A DNA stretch of 64,000 nucleotides from Euglena gracilis (taxonomy: Eukaryota): the NCBI GenBank assembly GCA_039621445.1, contig CP154954.1:21340954-21404953 (forward strand), in the 5' to 3' direction. A program made the position numbers and the translations under genes. Of this stretch, positions 34,702 through 46,619 are shown piece by piece. Position 1 is the stretch's first letter; every line of letters starts with the position of its first letter. The notes beneath the pieces were generated by a model. The model saw only the letters and a program-made list of their open reading frames with translations. It was not told the DNA's origin and did no database searches.

Positions 34702-35113
34702 AGTGTACGTCCAAAGCTTTCCCTTTTCCCCTTTTTTGGACTTTCTGTAAAAGCCTTTCGCTTTCGCCTTGGTGCACAGCCTACTTATGGTAGGGAAAAG
34801 TCTTTGGAGTAACGAAAAGTGGTTTTCCCCTTTTCTTCCCAATTCCCCAAGAAGCAAAGCACAAAGCAAAGACTCAGAAGTTTCTTCTGAGATCAAGTTC
34901 GACTGTTCCGAGGGTTTTTCCTGTCAAACTTTGGAAGAATGACAGTGAAGAATACCACCTGTGGGGGAAGGAGAGAAAAGTGCTGACGTGTCCAGGGGCA
35001 GATCCCAGAAGGGTCTGCCACGATCCTACCAGCTGTGGTTTTCCACAGTGGTGCGACCGTCACAGAACCCACTCTGCAGATATCCTACAGAGCTGGGACG
35101 TGCCTGGTACACA
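34702..35113 (-). repeat. 5' LTR (412 bp)
   Basis: Direct repeat of 18426-18853, adjacent to the PBS. Confidence 0.93.
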
Positions 35114-36160
35114 GAAGGTCTGTGTCTGCAGTTGGGAGGTACATACATGGCTGAGAGTGTGGGCTTATTACCTTCTGGCGGGGCCCTGTTGTAGCCAATC
35201 TTGGGCCTCCCCCCCAAGAGCAGATGTGGTCTTGAATGCACCCTCCACTTGCCTTTAAACTTTGAATCATACATTGGCCTCCAATGGCCTCCTGATTTGA
35301 TTGAAATGGCCTCCATTGGCCTTGATAGCTTGGTGCTTCCCCTGGCCTCCACTGGTTTTGAATATAATGGCCTCCGTTGGCCTTCTGTCCTTGAAGGGGG
35401 GGCTGCTTGCTGCGAGGATGGGCAGCTCCTGAGGGGTTTATGTTTGAGAGAGCTGTGGGGTAAGTTGGACATGCCTTTCCCCAGTGGGATACTTCCAGGC
35501 TGGGATACAGGCTGCCATAGCCTTGCACGTGGGCCCTCTGCCCTCCTGGATGATGGCTGTAATAGCTTTGATTCTGGGCCCCAGGCCCTGTTGAGTGATG
35601 GCTGCAATAGCCTTGATTTTGACTTGAATCCCTTGGATTTCCGATATTTCTTTAAAGGCTGCCATAGCCCTTGCTTTTTCCCCTGGAAGGGGGGAACTGA
35701 GAAAAAGGGGTGGAGTCTGTTGGACCTGTGATGGTACTCCCCCTCTGTCTTCTTGTCTTCCTGACCGCAGTTGTCCATGGTCCACGGCCATCATGTTGAG
35801 TGGGAGGGTTTGAAGTCTTTGATGTGGTGGCGGGTGGGGGGTTGCGACGGCCACGGACTGACGTGCTGCTGCCGCCCCATCAGCTTCTGCAGCTGCTGCT
35901 GTGCCTCCACCTTCCCCAGCTTCAGCTGCTTTCTTGGAAGTTCTTTGAAGTTCTTCTTGGCAGTCTGAATTTCTTCGAAGCTCATTCTTCATGGAAGTCC
36001 AGTTGTGACCTTTGTCTTTGTAATTGTAATACTTCTGGAATAATTCCAGTTGAACTCGAAGAGTTGAATTCCTCCTCCTTGAAGTCGAAGATGACCAAAA
36101 AAGTTTGATCCACCAGTTGATACAATTGACGGTCTTCGGTGAATGCAGTACACCTTGATA
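35114..36160 (-). mobile_element. DIRS element A, 5' part (gag-like, low-complexity ORF)
   Basis: Removing the LTR element and one TSD joins ORF 35026-35778 in frame to 18342-18425 (..CRHRPS|PIFQGQG..). Confidence 0.7.
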
Positions 36161-39100
36161 CCTCGTGCTCCGCACTTTGCCATTGTGAGGCCATGCCTTG
36201 TTCGCCGGCGGTGCTGTGTGATTTTACGTTGTGCTGGATTAGGCGCCTCCCCTTAGTGCCGCCTCGCCGGAGTTGGCTGCATTGTATCCGACGTGTCGAC
36301 CATGGTCCTGTCTCTTCCCCTGGGGGGGGGGGGTCCCCCCCTCCCCCCCCCTGGCCCCACTTGCTGACCGAGGGCGTTTGACGACAAATTTTTTTCAATG
36401 GGAGGGGGGGATCGGGCTCACAATGTCTTTGTGCCTTCGGTGTCCCTTCGCCCTCGGTGTCCCTTCCTCCCCTGTCGGTTTGCCTCGAGAGAGTACGAGA
36501 CACGTCGGGCTCCGCACTTTGCCATTGTGAGGCCAGATTGTGCAATGAAATTAGGGTGGCCAGGGCATTTTCCAAGGCACCTTGGGCACCAAGTCTTTGA
36601 TAATGGGCTGTAAAAGCCTCAACCCCTTTCCATTGACCAATTTCACAAACTTCCTGGGCTGAAACACCCAATTTTTTGATCAACCCAACCCCGGTGGAAT
36701 GGGGTCCCCACACCTGGGGGGTGCTCCTTGTTTGGTCAAATATTCTTTTGTAATAGAAGCAATTGTGTCAGCACTTATTGGTGCACAGGGGGGTTTTAAT
36801 GAAATCAGAAAGGGACCACCAGGAATTACATTAAAACACGGTGGCGGCCACATAAGCCATAATTAAATGAAAGGGATTTATTTGGGGACATTGGGGAGTT
36901 GAGACCACTCTTTCCTACTTGCCAAATCTTTGCCCTTTACGTTTGATTTGAATGTAGGGTGCCCCCCCAAACACACTTGTGGTTCTTTTGACTTGCGCCA
37001 AATCAGATGAACGATATAAACAGAGGATGCGCGAACAAAAAATGAGCTGTGTGCAGAATGTAGAAAGATCAGTGGGCACAGGCTGCCTTTCCAGCCACAG
37101 GAGGATTGGGATCCCAAAAAGAACCATATTTTTACAGGTTTTGGTTCTAAACCCTTTTATAAGGTGCTACTAAGGTATTAAACCTTAGGCCACCAAAACC
37201 AGGGAGCAAAAGCATAGCAGTGTATGCTTTACGTGCCTGGGCCTTTGAAAATTGAAAAGGTTGAATTAAAGTGTCAGCCACTTGGTCAGTGGTGGTTAAA
37301 AGGGGGGGGTGCACCTCCATTTTGTCCAGAATCCCCCATAAAAAAGTAAAGGCACTTTGGTACATTTTCAAACTGTGGATTCTTTCCAGGAAATCTTTAA
37401 TGGTTGAATTTTGTGTTTGTTTCCCCTACAAAATTTGCCTGAGCAAATCATGCAAAGGAGGGGCCACCTTGGGGGTGGCATTTTTTCTCCACTGCAATTG
37501 GTGAACATGCCCCTGTAGGGGGGTGATTTTTAGGCAGGGTGTCCCTGGAACTTTCATTTTTTTTAACTGGGGCCACCATGTGGCTGAATCCCAGTAGGGG
37601 GTGACCATCAAAACTTTGGTATTGGGAAACTTCTTAATCTGGGGAGAAAATGTTGAATCACTGACCGGGGGGGTTTGCAAAAAGTCTGCCCATGTTGTCC
37701 AGTGGACATTGTAAAGCGTCCACTGCTGTGGCTTCCCAGTGGGGCCCACCTGGCCACAAATTGTGGCAGTTTTCTGTTGCCTGGGGAGGAAAAAAGGCTT
37801 GTTTCCAATTTTATGCAATTTTTGAATTGCTGTTTTAGCCAGTGAAAAAGTTTGGGGTCCAGTGAGTAATCCCCCCTGTCCCTTTCCCACCTGCTTATAG
37901 GGTCTGCCAGGCATTCTATTGATGGGACCCAGTTTACTTGGACATTGACGTTTTTCTCCATGCACCATTTCAAAAATGGTCTTAGCATTGTGTTGAACGG
38001 GTCTTTCTTGCCCCCCCCCTTTTTGTTCAGTAATAATAAATTACTTGATTGTCCACTGACAGGGACACCGTTTCTCCTTCCTTGCTGAGACTTTTTACTG
38101 TGCCTGGGGAGGCAGACCCTTCCCCCAAAACGCAACAAGAGAGTTGCACTCAGGCAGCAGCACCCATGAATGGGGGGGGCTGGACATTCGAACTGGAAAA
38201 ATTGTCCAGAACCTTTGGAAAGAAAACTCCATTTTACACGTCAATGTAACGGAGTTAAGTGAATTTTCTATATCCCTTAATTGGGCCTTGATTCCTGAGA
38301 AATGGGGTGTGTTGATTCCCAGGGGGTTGCAGAGTTTGTAACTAAAAAAATTGCCAGGGCATCTGTAAATGCCCTTAGAAAGGGCAGGGCCATAAGATTG
38401 CACCTTATTTGGCCCAAAATGGCAGCAAATTGCCTTTTTGGCATGTAATCTTTTTTGACGATTTTCCCAGTTCCTTTTTTATTGTTTTGATCTTCTGGGG
38501 GGGGAACCTGCAGTTTTCCTTCTTGAAAGTTTAGTTGAAATCCCATATGATTTACCACTTGGGCGGCTGCAGGGTGGACTTTTTGGCATTTGTTTTTTTA
38601 AACCTGAGCTGATTAAATCCCTGACCACTGTGTTTAGGTTACTTTGCAAAAAATTTTGTGTTGGGTCCCCCAGCAAACTAAGAAGGGGCGAAAAAGGTTT
38701 GTACCAACCATCTTTTTCAAATTCAGCCCACAACCCCATTCCAGGGGGGAAGGGGGGGGCCCAGCAACAGGGCTCAGATTTCAATTGGGCATGGCAAGAA
38801 GCCAGAACTTACAGCCCCGGCCATGGAGACCGGAACAAATGGGGCTTGGTCCAAGGAGGCCAATCCAAGGGCTATGGCAGCCACACAAGGGGTGGACCTC
38901 CAGAGGCCCCCCAGAAGCTAAAGGGCAGCCCCACAGGGGCTTTGTATTTAACAAATGCCCAGCCCCAGGAGGAACAGGGGGAAGGGGAAGGACCCCCACA
39001 GGTATTTATTCATCAATCTTCAAATCCCTCAGTGAAATCAAGAAGTGGGGGACCCACAGAGGCCCCCCTATGGTATGGATACCAAAACTATCATCATAAA

Positions 39101-40600
39101 GGAGGCCTGCTAGGCAAAACAGGGGCAGTAAGCCCTATGGTATGCATTTCAACAACAAGGTCCTCCAGAGAGAGAGTTAGAAGAGAGGAGAGTGCATGCA
39201 CACACCCCCCCAGGAAAACTTTCCCTTACCAAGGGCTCGAGCCATAGGGGCCCTAAGGGTGCAATGTCCAACACCCCCAACCCAGCCCCCCCAAAATCAT
39301 CTCATTCAAGAATTAAATTCCATGGAGGAGAAATGGGGAGACACCCCATCAAGCCTGCATCAAAGGCTACAAAAAAGCCTAAAATGGTGGAAAAAACATG
39401 CCCCCCAGCAACATGTCAACTCATCAAGGATGGCATTCAACCCCCCTGGGTTCATCGCCCAGAATTATCCACAAAAAACCAGAGCAAATTTAGACCTGAA
39501 ACAGGCAGAAAAAATCCTGCAGGATTACGAAAAGTCTGGATCCGTAAAGAGGGTGGGGGATTCGAATTCACAACATTTAATCCCCTGGTTTCTAATTTCA
39601 AAGCCAGAGGGGGGACAGACAAAATGGAGGTTAATTAAGCGACTGCAGGGAACTAAATCAACAGTTCCAAGCAAAACCTTTCCAGGTTGGATCACATCCA
39701 GCACATTTCTCCAGTGCTGGAAAAAGGCCACTGGGCAGCCAAAATCGACTTGAAAGATGCCTGTTTTCACAAGGCCATTTCTGAGGCATCAGGTAGGGGG
39801 GCAAACATGGGAGTTTCAAGTAGGATGTTTTGGGCTAATTGTGATGCCCCAAATTTTCATGTCAGTAATGAAAACGTTCGAAAAGCTGTGGAGAAAAAGG
39901 GGGATCCAGGTTTTTATTTACCTGGACGACATTCCTGTGGGCATTCTGCTTCAGACTGGGCCATCTGCTTGCTTCCAAATGCTGTACTGGCCCCCTTGTC
40001 CCTTATTTCATCTTGATAGGTTGGGGGGATTTGCCCTCTGGGCTGGGGCTTTTGCTCCTTGGGCTGGATCTGCCAATCTTGAAGGTTTCTGGTGCCCCAA
40101 TTTGAAATATAATGGGTCTTGACCCTGGGTACCCAATGTATGCCGTTGTCGTCTGGGCTTTTTGCCCACTGTCTGCCAAGGTCCATGGCCATCACTGTGT
40201 GTGGTTGTCTGCTGCTGAAATTTTTCTGTTGAGATTTGTGGTGGGGGGAAGTGATGGCCACGGTTCGCCACGTTGAAGCCGCATCTCCAAGTTCTCCAGC
40301 TCGCGTTTCTTGTTTTGCAATGTGTCCAGGTTGTCGACTTGATAATTCCAATTTGTTCCCCATTTTATATTCTTTAGGTTCTAAAGTTTCTGAATATTGA
40401 TATTGTATTGTCTTGATCTCTTCCAACTCTGCTCTTCAAAAGTTTCTGTCTTCTTCCGTGTCAAAGGGCAAGGTTAGGAATCGGCCAACTCCGGCGAAGA
40501 AAGGCACAAAAGGGAGACGCCCAACCCAGCGCAACGAACAATCACACGGCACCGCCGTTGAGCAAGGCATGTCCTCACAATGGTCTGCCGAGGTAGGCCC
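36160..40600 (-). mobile_element. DIRS-type retrotransposon B, degenerate, with an internal inversion at 38682-39934
   Basis: YR (PHST..IGQWK..FTAHY, 35982-36713); MTase-like (ETSLFSSPGNRKLPQF..KPP..VTPYW..WW, ~37500-37830); RNase H/RT C-terminal part on minus; RT N-terminal part (KIDLKDA..FIYLDDI) on plus. Inverted terminal motifs at ~36160-36280 and ~40482-40595. Confidence 0.8.
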
Positions 40601-43600
40601 CCCCCGCCGGGGGGTCCTTAAGCAAATGCCTGGCTGGGGTTTCTTGCTGGGGGGGTCAGGTTTTTAATAGGTTTTTGGCTGATTTTGTTCCAAAAATTCC
40701 CAAAAATGGCCAAACACGGGCATTTTTGGGGGTCAAAAATAATTTTCGGCGCTTCACGCCGGACGCTGGAAAAAAAATTCCACTAGCTCGCCCTGCTAGC
40801 CGACCCCCCCCGGGGGGTCTTCAAGAAGTCCCACTAGCCCCCCGGGGGGGGTACCGCAATCCCGTAAGCACATTCCTGACCCCAGCAGCACCCCCCAGCT
40901 CCTCCCGGTGCTCACTGACACTTTGTTGACCAAAAAAATGATAAAAAAGTGACAAAATAAAAAGTCCCCCTCCACCCCTCAGACACAAAATTTTATCCCC
41001 CGACACCCAAAATTTTATCTCCCGAAAAAGGGGGGGAACCGCATTTTTTTCTGGTTTTTTTTGCATTTTTCCTTTTTGGCGAAAGTTGCAAATTGCTCTT
41101 TTGTGTTTTTTTCCCCAATGATTTTTGAATCTCTTGCTGGAAAAATTTTGGCTGAGAAAAATTCTGTTTTCTGGCCCCTATTTCAACAGGCTTACCATCT
41201 ATCCCCGACCGCATGCCTGCAAAGCAACAACAAAACCGTAGCACCCACTCACATCAAAGCCGATCCAGGATGACAAACAGACTGAATGACAGAATTTTGG
41301 AAGGGCGGGTGAGCCCATCACTGCGCAGTCAGACACGTCAGCAGGAGCCAAGCCCGAGCGACTTGTCTACAGCAGAAGGATGGCAGCCTCTGTCGTGTGT
41401 TTTGGTCCCAAAAAAACTCCGCTTTAAGAGAAGCGAGGGGTGCAGGCTGTTTTTTTACCAACCCTGGGGGGGAGGGGGGGTCCGGAGTGCCTATGAGTGC
41501 CTGTCCAGGCAGGCACTACGGGGGGGGGGGTCGGATTTCGGCCTGTGCCCAGGCAAATTCCTTTGAAAATAGGCCATTTTTGAATCCCCGGCCGGGTCTG
41601 TGCTAGGGCACTTTTGGCCGTGTGCCCTACCCCCCCCCCCCCCGGGGGGGGCGGATCGGGAGTGCCTGCCCAGGCAGGCACTCCCCCCGGGGTGGGGTCG
41701 GCACACAACTAAAATACGGCCTGGAGGGGTGTCCCCTTTTCCAACATATTTTTTGAACCCTCCCAACGAGTTTTTTTTTTAACACTGGGCGCTCCAGACC
41801 AACCACCACTGGTGCATCAACACCAGTGGTGCAGACCACCCACCCACCCCCGAGGGGGGGGGGGTTGGGGGGATCCACTTTTGGGGGTTTCAATTTTGGG
41901 GTCCAATTTTTTGGCACTTTCCACCAAAAATAGAGGAACCCCCCCCTGGGGCACCCACTCTGTCCCCCCCCCAGGGGGGAGGGCAGATCCATGCACCTCC
42001 TGGGGTCAAAAAAACCTGAAAAAAAAGCTCCAACACAAATGGGATTATTTTTACCAACCGGGGGGGCCTTGTGTCATGGGGTACCTGCCATACCTCCCCC
42101 CCCCCTTGTCTAAGAACCAGAAAAGATGGGTAAGAACCGGGGGGGGGGGGGGGTGCTTATTTTGCCAAAATATGGGTAAGAACCAGGGGGGTGGTGCTTA
42201 GACAAGGGGGAAAATTTTGACTGCAAAAAAAATCCGGCGCTTCGCGCCGAAAAGGAAAAATTCCCCTTATTTTGGACGTCCATTGTTGAACTTACACACA
42301 TTTGGATGCAGAAATAAACAATACCTCACCAAATCAGGTCTCAGAAATTGCAGAAATTTCGAAATGTTTGAGAAATTTCCCTTAAAAATGCAAAAAAAAT
42401 AAACCTCCCCATGACGATGACCTTTAAAAAGATGGGTAAGAACCGGGGGGGGGGTGCTTAGACAAGGGTGGTGCTTAGACAAGGGGGGGGGAGGTCAGTT
42501 TCCAGGCTCATCCCCCTCGGTCAGTTTGGGTCCCGGTGCCTAATAATACCCTTTTGGCCATTTTTCCACCTCCAGCGCCGAGGGATGTGGCATAGCACTG
42601 CCCCCCAAAACCTGGGGGGGGGGAGGTCGAAAATGCCCTCCTGCCCACAGCACCCACCTCCCGGAAGGGGGGGGCGACTTTCCTTAAAAAGACGCTGCAC
42701 ACCAAACAACCTGCCCACCCGAAACGCGTGTGTTAACCTAATGTCAGTAATTTGTTTGTGGATAAGGCAGGAATGCATGATGTGCAAACAATCAGAGGCC
42801 GGCATCGCCACAGAAACAAAGACACAGAGAAAAAGCAACTGGTGCAGCCAAGGAATGCCAGCCATGTAGGGGTTCAGCACTGCACCATTTCCAGACAAAA
42901 ACGAAAACAACGACGATGGGGTGGGGGGAACCACCCCTAAACCGACCACCCCACAGTCAGGGGTTGAAGGGGACCAAGGAAAAATACGGGGGTTGCAGGT
43001 CAGGCCCCAGGTTGTGGGGGGGGGGTTGGACCCCCCACCCAGGAGGCACCCAAAGACCAAAAAAAACTCCGAAGGCGTCAAAAAAAAACTTTGACCTAAA
43101 CATCGGCGACATCGGCGACCACCCATAGGGTTGCAGGGATCCCCGTACAGCCCTGCCATTGTCGGGGTTGCAGGACCCCCCCCCCCCGAACAAGAAATGC
43201 AAATTGCCAAGCCGGCCAAGGGGAAAGGAAGTGAAAGTTTCCAAACCCAGTTGGCGAAAAGACTGCCACGTGGAAAAAATTTTCCTGTGACCCCCCCGGA
43301 CCCCCCCCTGCGGGCCAGGAGGGGGGGGGGGTGGGGGGGACACCCCCCCCCACCTAAACAGTGGCGCGGTCAGGGTGACCGATTTTCGGCCCGGCGCAAA
43401 GCGCCGGGCCGAAAAATTTTGACCCCCCAAAACGACCAAAAGTGCCATTTTGGGCACTTTTTGGGCAAAAATTGGCCAAAAATGCAAAAAATTTTCGGCG
43501 CAAAGCGCCGGAGGAAAAAATTGACCCTTTTTGGGGGGGTCCCGGGTACCCCCCGAGGGTCGGTCCGGACCCCCCTTGCAGGTGGGGGGGGGGGCCGGAC

Positions 43601-44878
43601 CCCCCCCCCTGCGGGCCAGGAGGGGGGGGGGGGGGGGTGGGGGGGACACCCCCCCACCTAAACCATGTACGCCCTCCTTATATCGAACCCTGCCCCCACC
43701 TATTAACTCAAATGCCTCAAAAATGATTGGAGATGATACCTCCCCCCCTGTCCAAGGATCGGAAAAGATGGGTAAGAACAAGGGGGGTGGTGCTTAATTT
43801 GCCAAAACATGGGTAAGAAACAGCGCCCAAGAAAAATCCGTCACTTTGCGCCAAAGAAAAATCCACCTTATTTTGGATATCCACTGTAAGGCATGTGTCC
43901 AGGAATGTACAGGCATTTAACTCTCCGTTCAGAAATTTCTAAAATTTCGAAACTTTCAAGAAACTTTTTTTAAAGCACACACGTAAAATAAGCCTCCCCA
44001 AGAAGATGACCTTTTTTAATAAAAAAAAGAGGTGAGAACCAGGGGTGGTGCTTCGACGGGGGGGTATTTGCCTGACCCCCCCCCCTGCCCCCAGGGGGGA
44101 TGGTGACCAGGCTGTTTTTTACCAACCCCGGGGGGGAGGGGGGGTCCGGAGTGCCTGTGAGTGCCTGCCCAGGCCCCTGTGGGGGGGGTCGGATTTCGGC
44201 ATGTGCCTGGGGACATTCCTTTGAAAATAGGCCATTTTTGGCTCCCCGGCGCCGGGCACTTTTGGCCGTGTGCCCCCCGGGGGGGGGTCGGATTTGGAGT
44301 GCCTTGGGGTGCCTGCCCAGGCAGGGCCCCCCCCCCCCCCCCCGGGGTGGGGTCGGCACCCGACTAAAATACAGCCTGATGGTGACCCCTGACATGCAAC
44401 CCCTGACCAGGGGGTGGTCGTATTGGTCGTATTCCCAAATGCCAAAAAAAAATCCGACTTTCCAAGGCCACCAACAACCCCTGACCAGGAGGGGGGGGGG
44501 TCATGCACACCCCCTGACATGCAACCCCCGAATAGGTGGCAGTCGGGGAACACAGGGGGCAAGTGGTGGGGGCGGGTGACGTAATGCCATCCTATCCTTC
44601 AAAATCTGATGGTGATGGAGCAGTGCAAGGACGTTGTGCCGATTGGCAACCCGCATCACTCCACCGTCATCGGCAACGGTGCGGGCAGCGGATGCGCCGT
44701 GGCAAAGCCCTCAGACGCACCGGTCCATGCGCTGCATCATACGCATCGCAAGCCAACCAAGGCAGTGCCATACGTTGCCGGTAAACCCAGCCAGGGCTGC
44801 CGAGATGAACAATAGTCCTAAATGCACACTCCTCCATCGCAACGGTGAACGGGTTTGCAGCCCCCCATACGATTACAC

Positions 44879-45079
44879 CCAGGTTTTTTTTAAGACCGGG
44901 GGGGAGGGGGAAAGGGGGTCGGCACCCACCCACATTTGCCCGAAAATGGCCAAAAATGCTAAAAATAGCAGCTCTTTCAAATTTTCGGAGCCTTCGGCAC
45001 CGAAAAAGATATATATACCCACCGTCCCCTGCGCCCCCCCCCCCCGGGGGAGGGGGTCCAAGGCTAAAAAAAACCCCTG
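44879..45079. mobile_element. hAT-like MITE
   Basis: Termini CAGG(T)n.../...(A)nCCCCTG with 8-bp TSD GATTACAC (44871-44878 and 45080-45087). Confidence 0.7.
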
Positions 45080-46619
45080 GATTACACCCAACCTATTTGT
45101 TTTGAGCAGCACCTCCCCTCCTTGTGGCCGCCAAGAGCGGGAAATCCCGTGGGAATAATGTTTCTTTGATGTGTGCTTTCCTCATCCACTTCTGCCATTG
45201 ACGAGGCAGTGATTGGAAAACGTAAAACCTGCAAGGTCTTGGGCTGGATGATTTTGAGGTGCTTCTCCCAGCCTTGAACAATTGTTGGTTGTTGGCCAGA
45301 ATCCCAATTATGAATGCACTTCGCTTCGTGATAAAGAATTGAGAAACCCTGGTGGGAGCTTCTGGTTTGCCTTCCCTGTGACAACAGAGTAGAAATACCC
45401 CCCCAAAATCAGACCCCCCTGGGCCAATCGAGCAAACATCCAAAATAAGGCCCTTCCCATAAATGAGACCCCCCCATGCTTGTGCTTACCAACCGGGGGG
45501 GGGAGGGGGGGGTGGGTGCTATAGGGTGCCTGCCCCTAGCAGGCACACCCCCCCCGGGGGGGATAGGGGTCCGGGCCGGACCCAGAAAATTTTCATTGAA
45601 AATGGCCTTTTCCGGGCCCCGGCGCCTGGCCGAGCCCCCCAGGGGGGGGTCCCCCCAGAGGGGGGTGGGATATACTTTTCGGCGCCAAAGCGGCGAAAAT
45701 TTTGAAAAGGTGCTATTTTTAGCATTTTTCGCGATTTTTGGCCTTTTCGGGGAAAAGTGGGTTGGGTGTCCCAAGACCCGGGGGCCCCCGGTTCAAAAAA
45801 AAAAAACTGGTTGAAATTTCCAATGTTTTTGCACTTTTTGCACTTATGAAATTGGGGTTTTTTGGTGATTTTTTGGGTGAAAATTTTCACTGTCCCCGCC
45901 GCTTCGCGCCGTCAGGGGGGTCCAGGCTTGTGCTTAGTCGGGTGCCTACCCCACGGGGGGGGGGTGCTAGGGGCAGGCACCCCATAGCACCCGATCCGAC
46001 CCCCCCGGGGTGGGGGTAGGGTTTTGGGGGGTGCCTGCCCCTAGCAGGCACCCCCCTCCAACCCCGGCACCGAGGACCCACCCACCCCCCCCCGGTCCAA
46101 GGCTAAAAAAAAAACCCCTGATTTCAACACGTATCAATTTAAACATGGCACGAAGCACCAAAGGAAAATTTTTGCGGTTTTTGGGAACCTGAAAAATGAT
46201 GTTTTTTTTCAGGGCCCAAGTCTGTCAAGAAAAAATCCAAAAATAAACCCCCAAAATAAGACCCCTGCAGGTTTCCAACAACGGACCCAAAAACAAGACC
46301 CGGGTCTTATTTTGAGGGTGGGGTTCAGGGGCGAGTGTTAAGGATTGCTGCAGAGGGACCAGGAAAAAGCTGTGCGCAATTCCAATCTTTCATTCGGGGT
46401 CAGATTTTCCTTTAAAAGAAATGACACAAGAATCAAACTTCTCCATGTATTTATCAGAAGCCAAAAGCTCAAAATCTGCCGAAGAATGATGGGAGGGCAG
46501 GGTATTGGGCGGAAAGGTAGGAGATTGTTTCCCAGAACAGATCAGCTAGTGCAAAGCATGGAGGACAGCTTCACCGCGGAGGGTATCATGCGGTGTTTAA
46601 ACCCTGGCCCCCAAAAAAT

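Larger units (their letters stand above)
18426..35113 (-). mobile_element. 16.7-kb Ty3/gypsy chromovirus-like LTR retrotransposon with an MTase-like domain in Pol and large extra ORFs
   Basis: Two LTRs, PBS, PPT and 5-bp TSD GAAGG (18421-18425 and 35114-35118). Domain order gag(CCHC)-PR-RT-RH-IN-chromo. Confidence 0.93.

Noticed and set aside
38630-39940. Independent + strand DIRS element
   Set aside because: Better explained as an inverted internal segment of DIRS B, since both junctions restore continuity.
40600-46400. Numerous Gly/Pro/Lys/Phe-rich ORFs
   Set aside because: They arise from G/C/A/T homopolymer-rich dispersed repeats and have no protein-like motifs. Possible exons at ~44710-44820 and ~45130-45380 could not be supported with splice phases.
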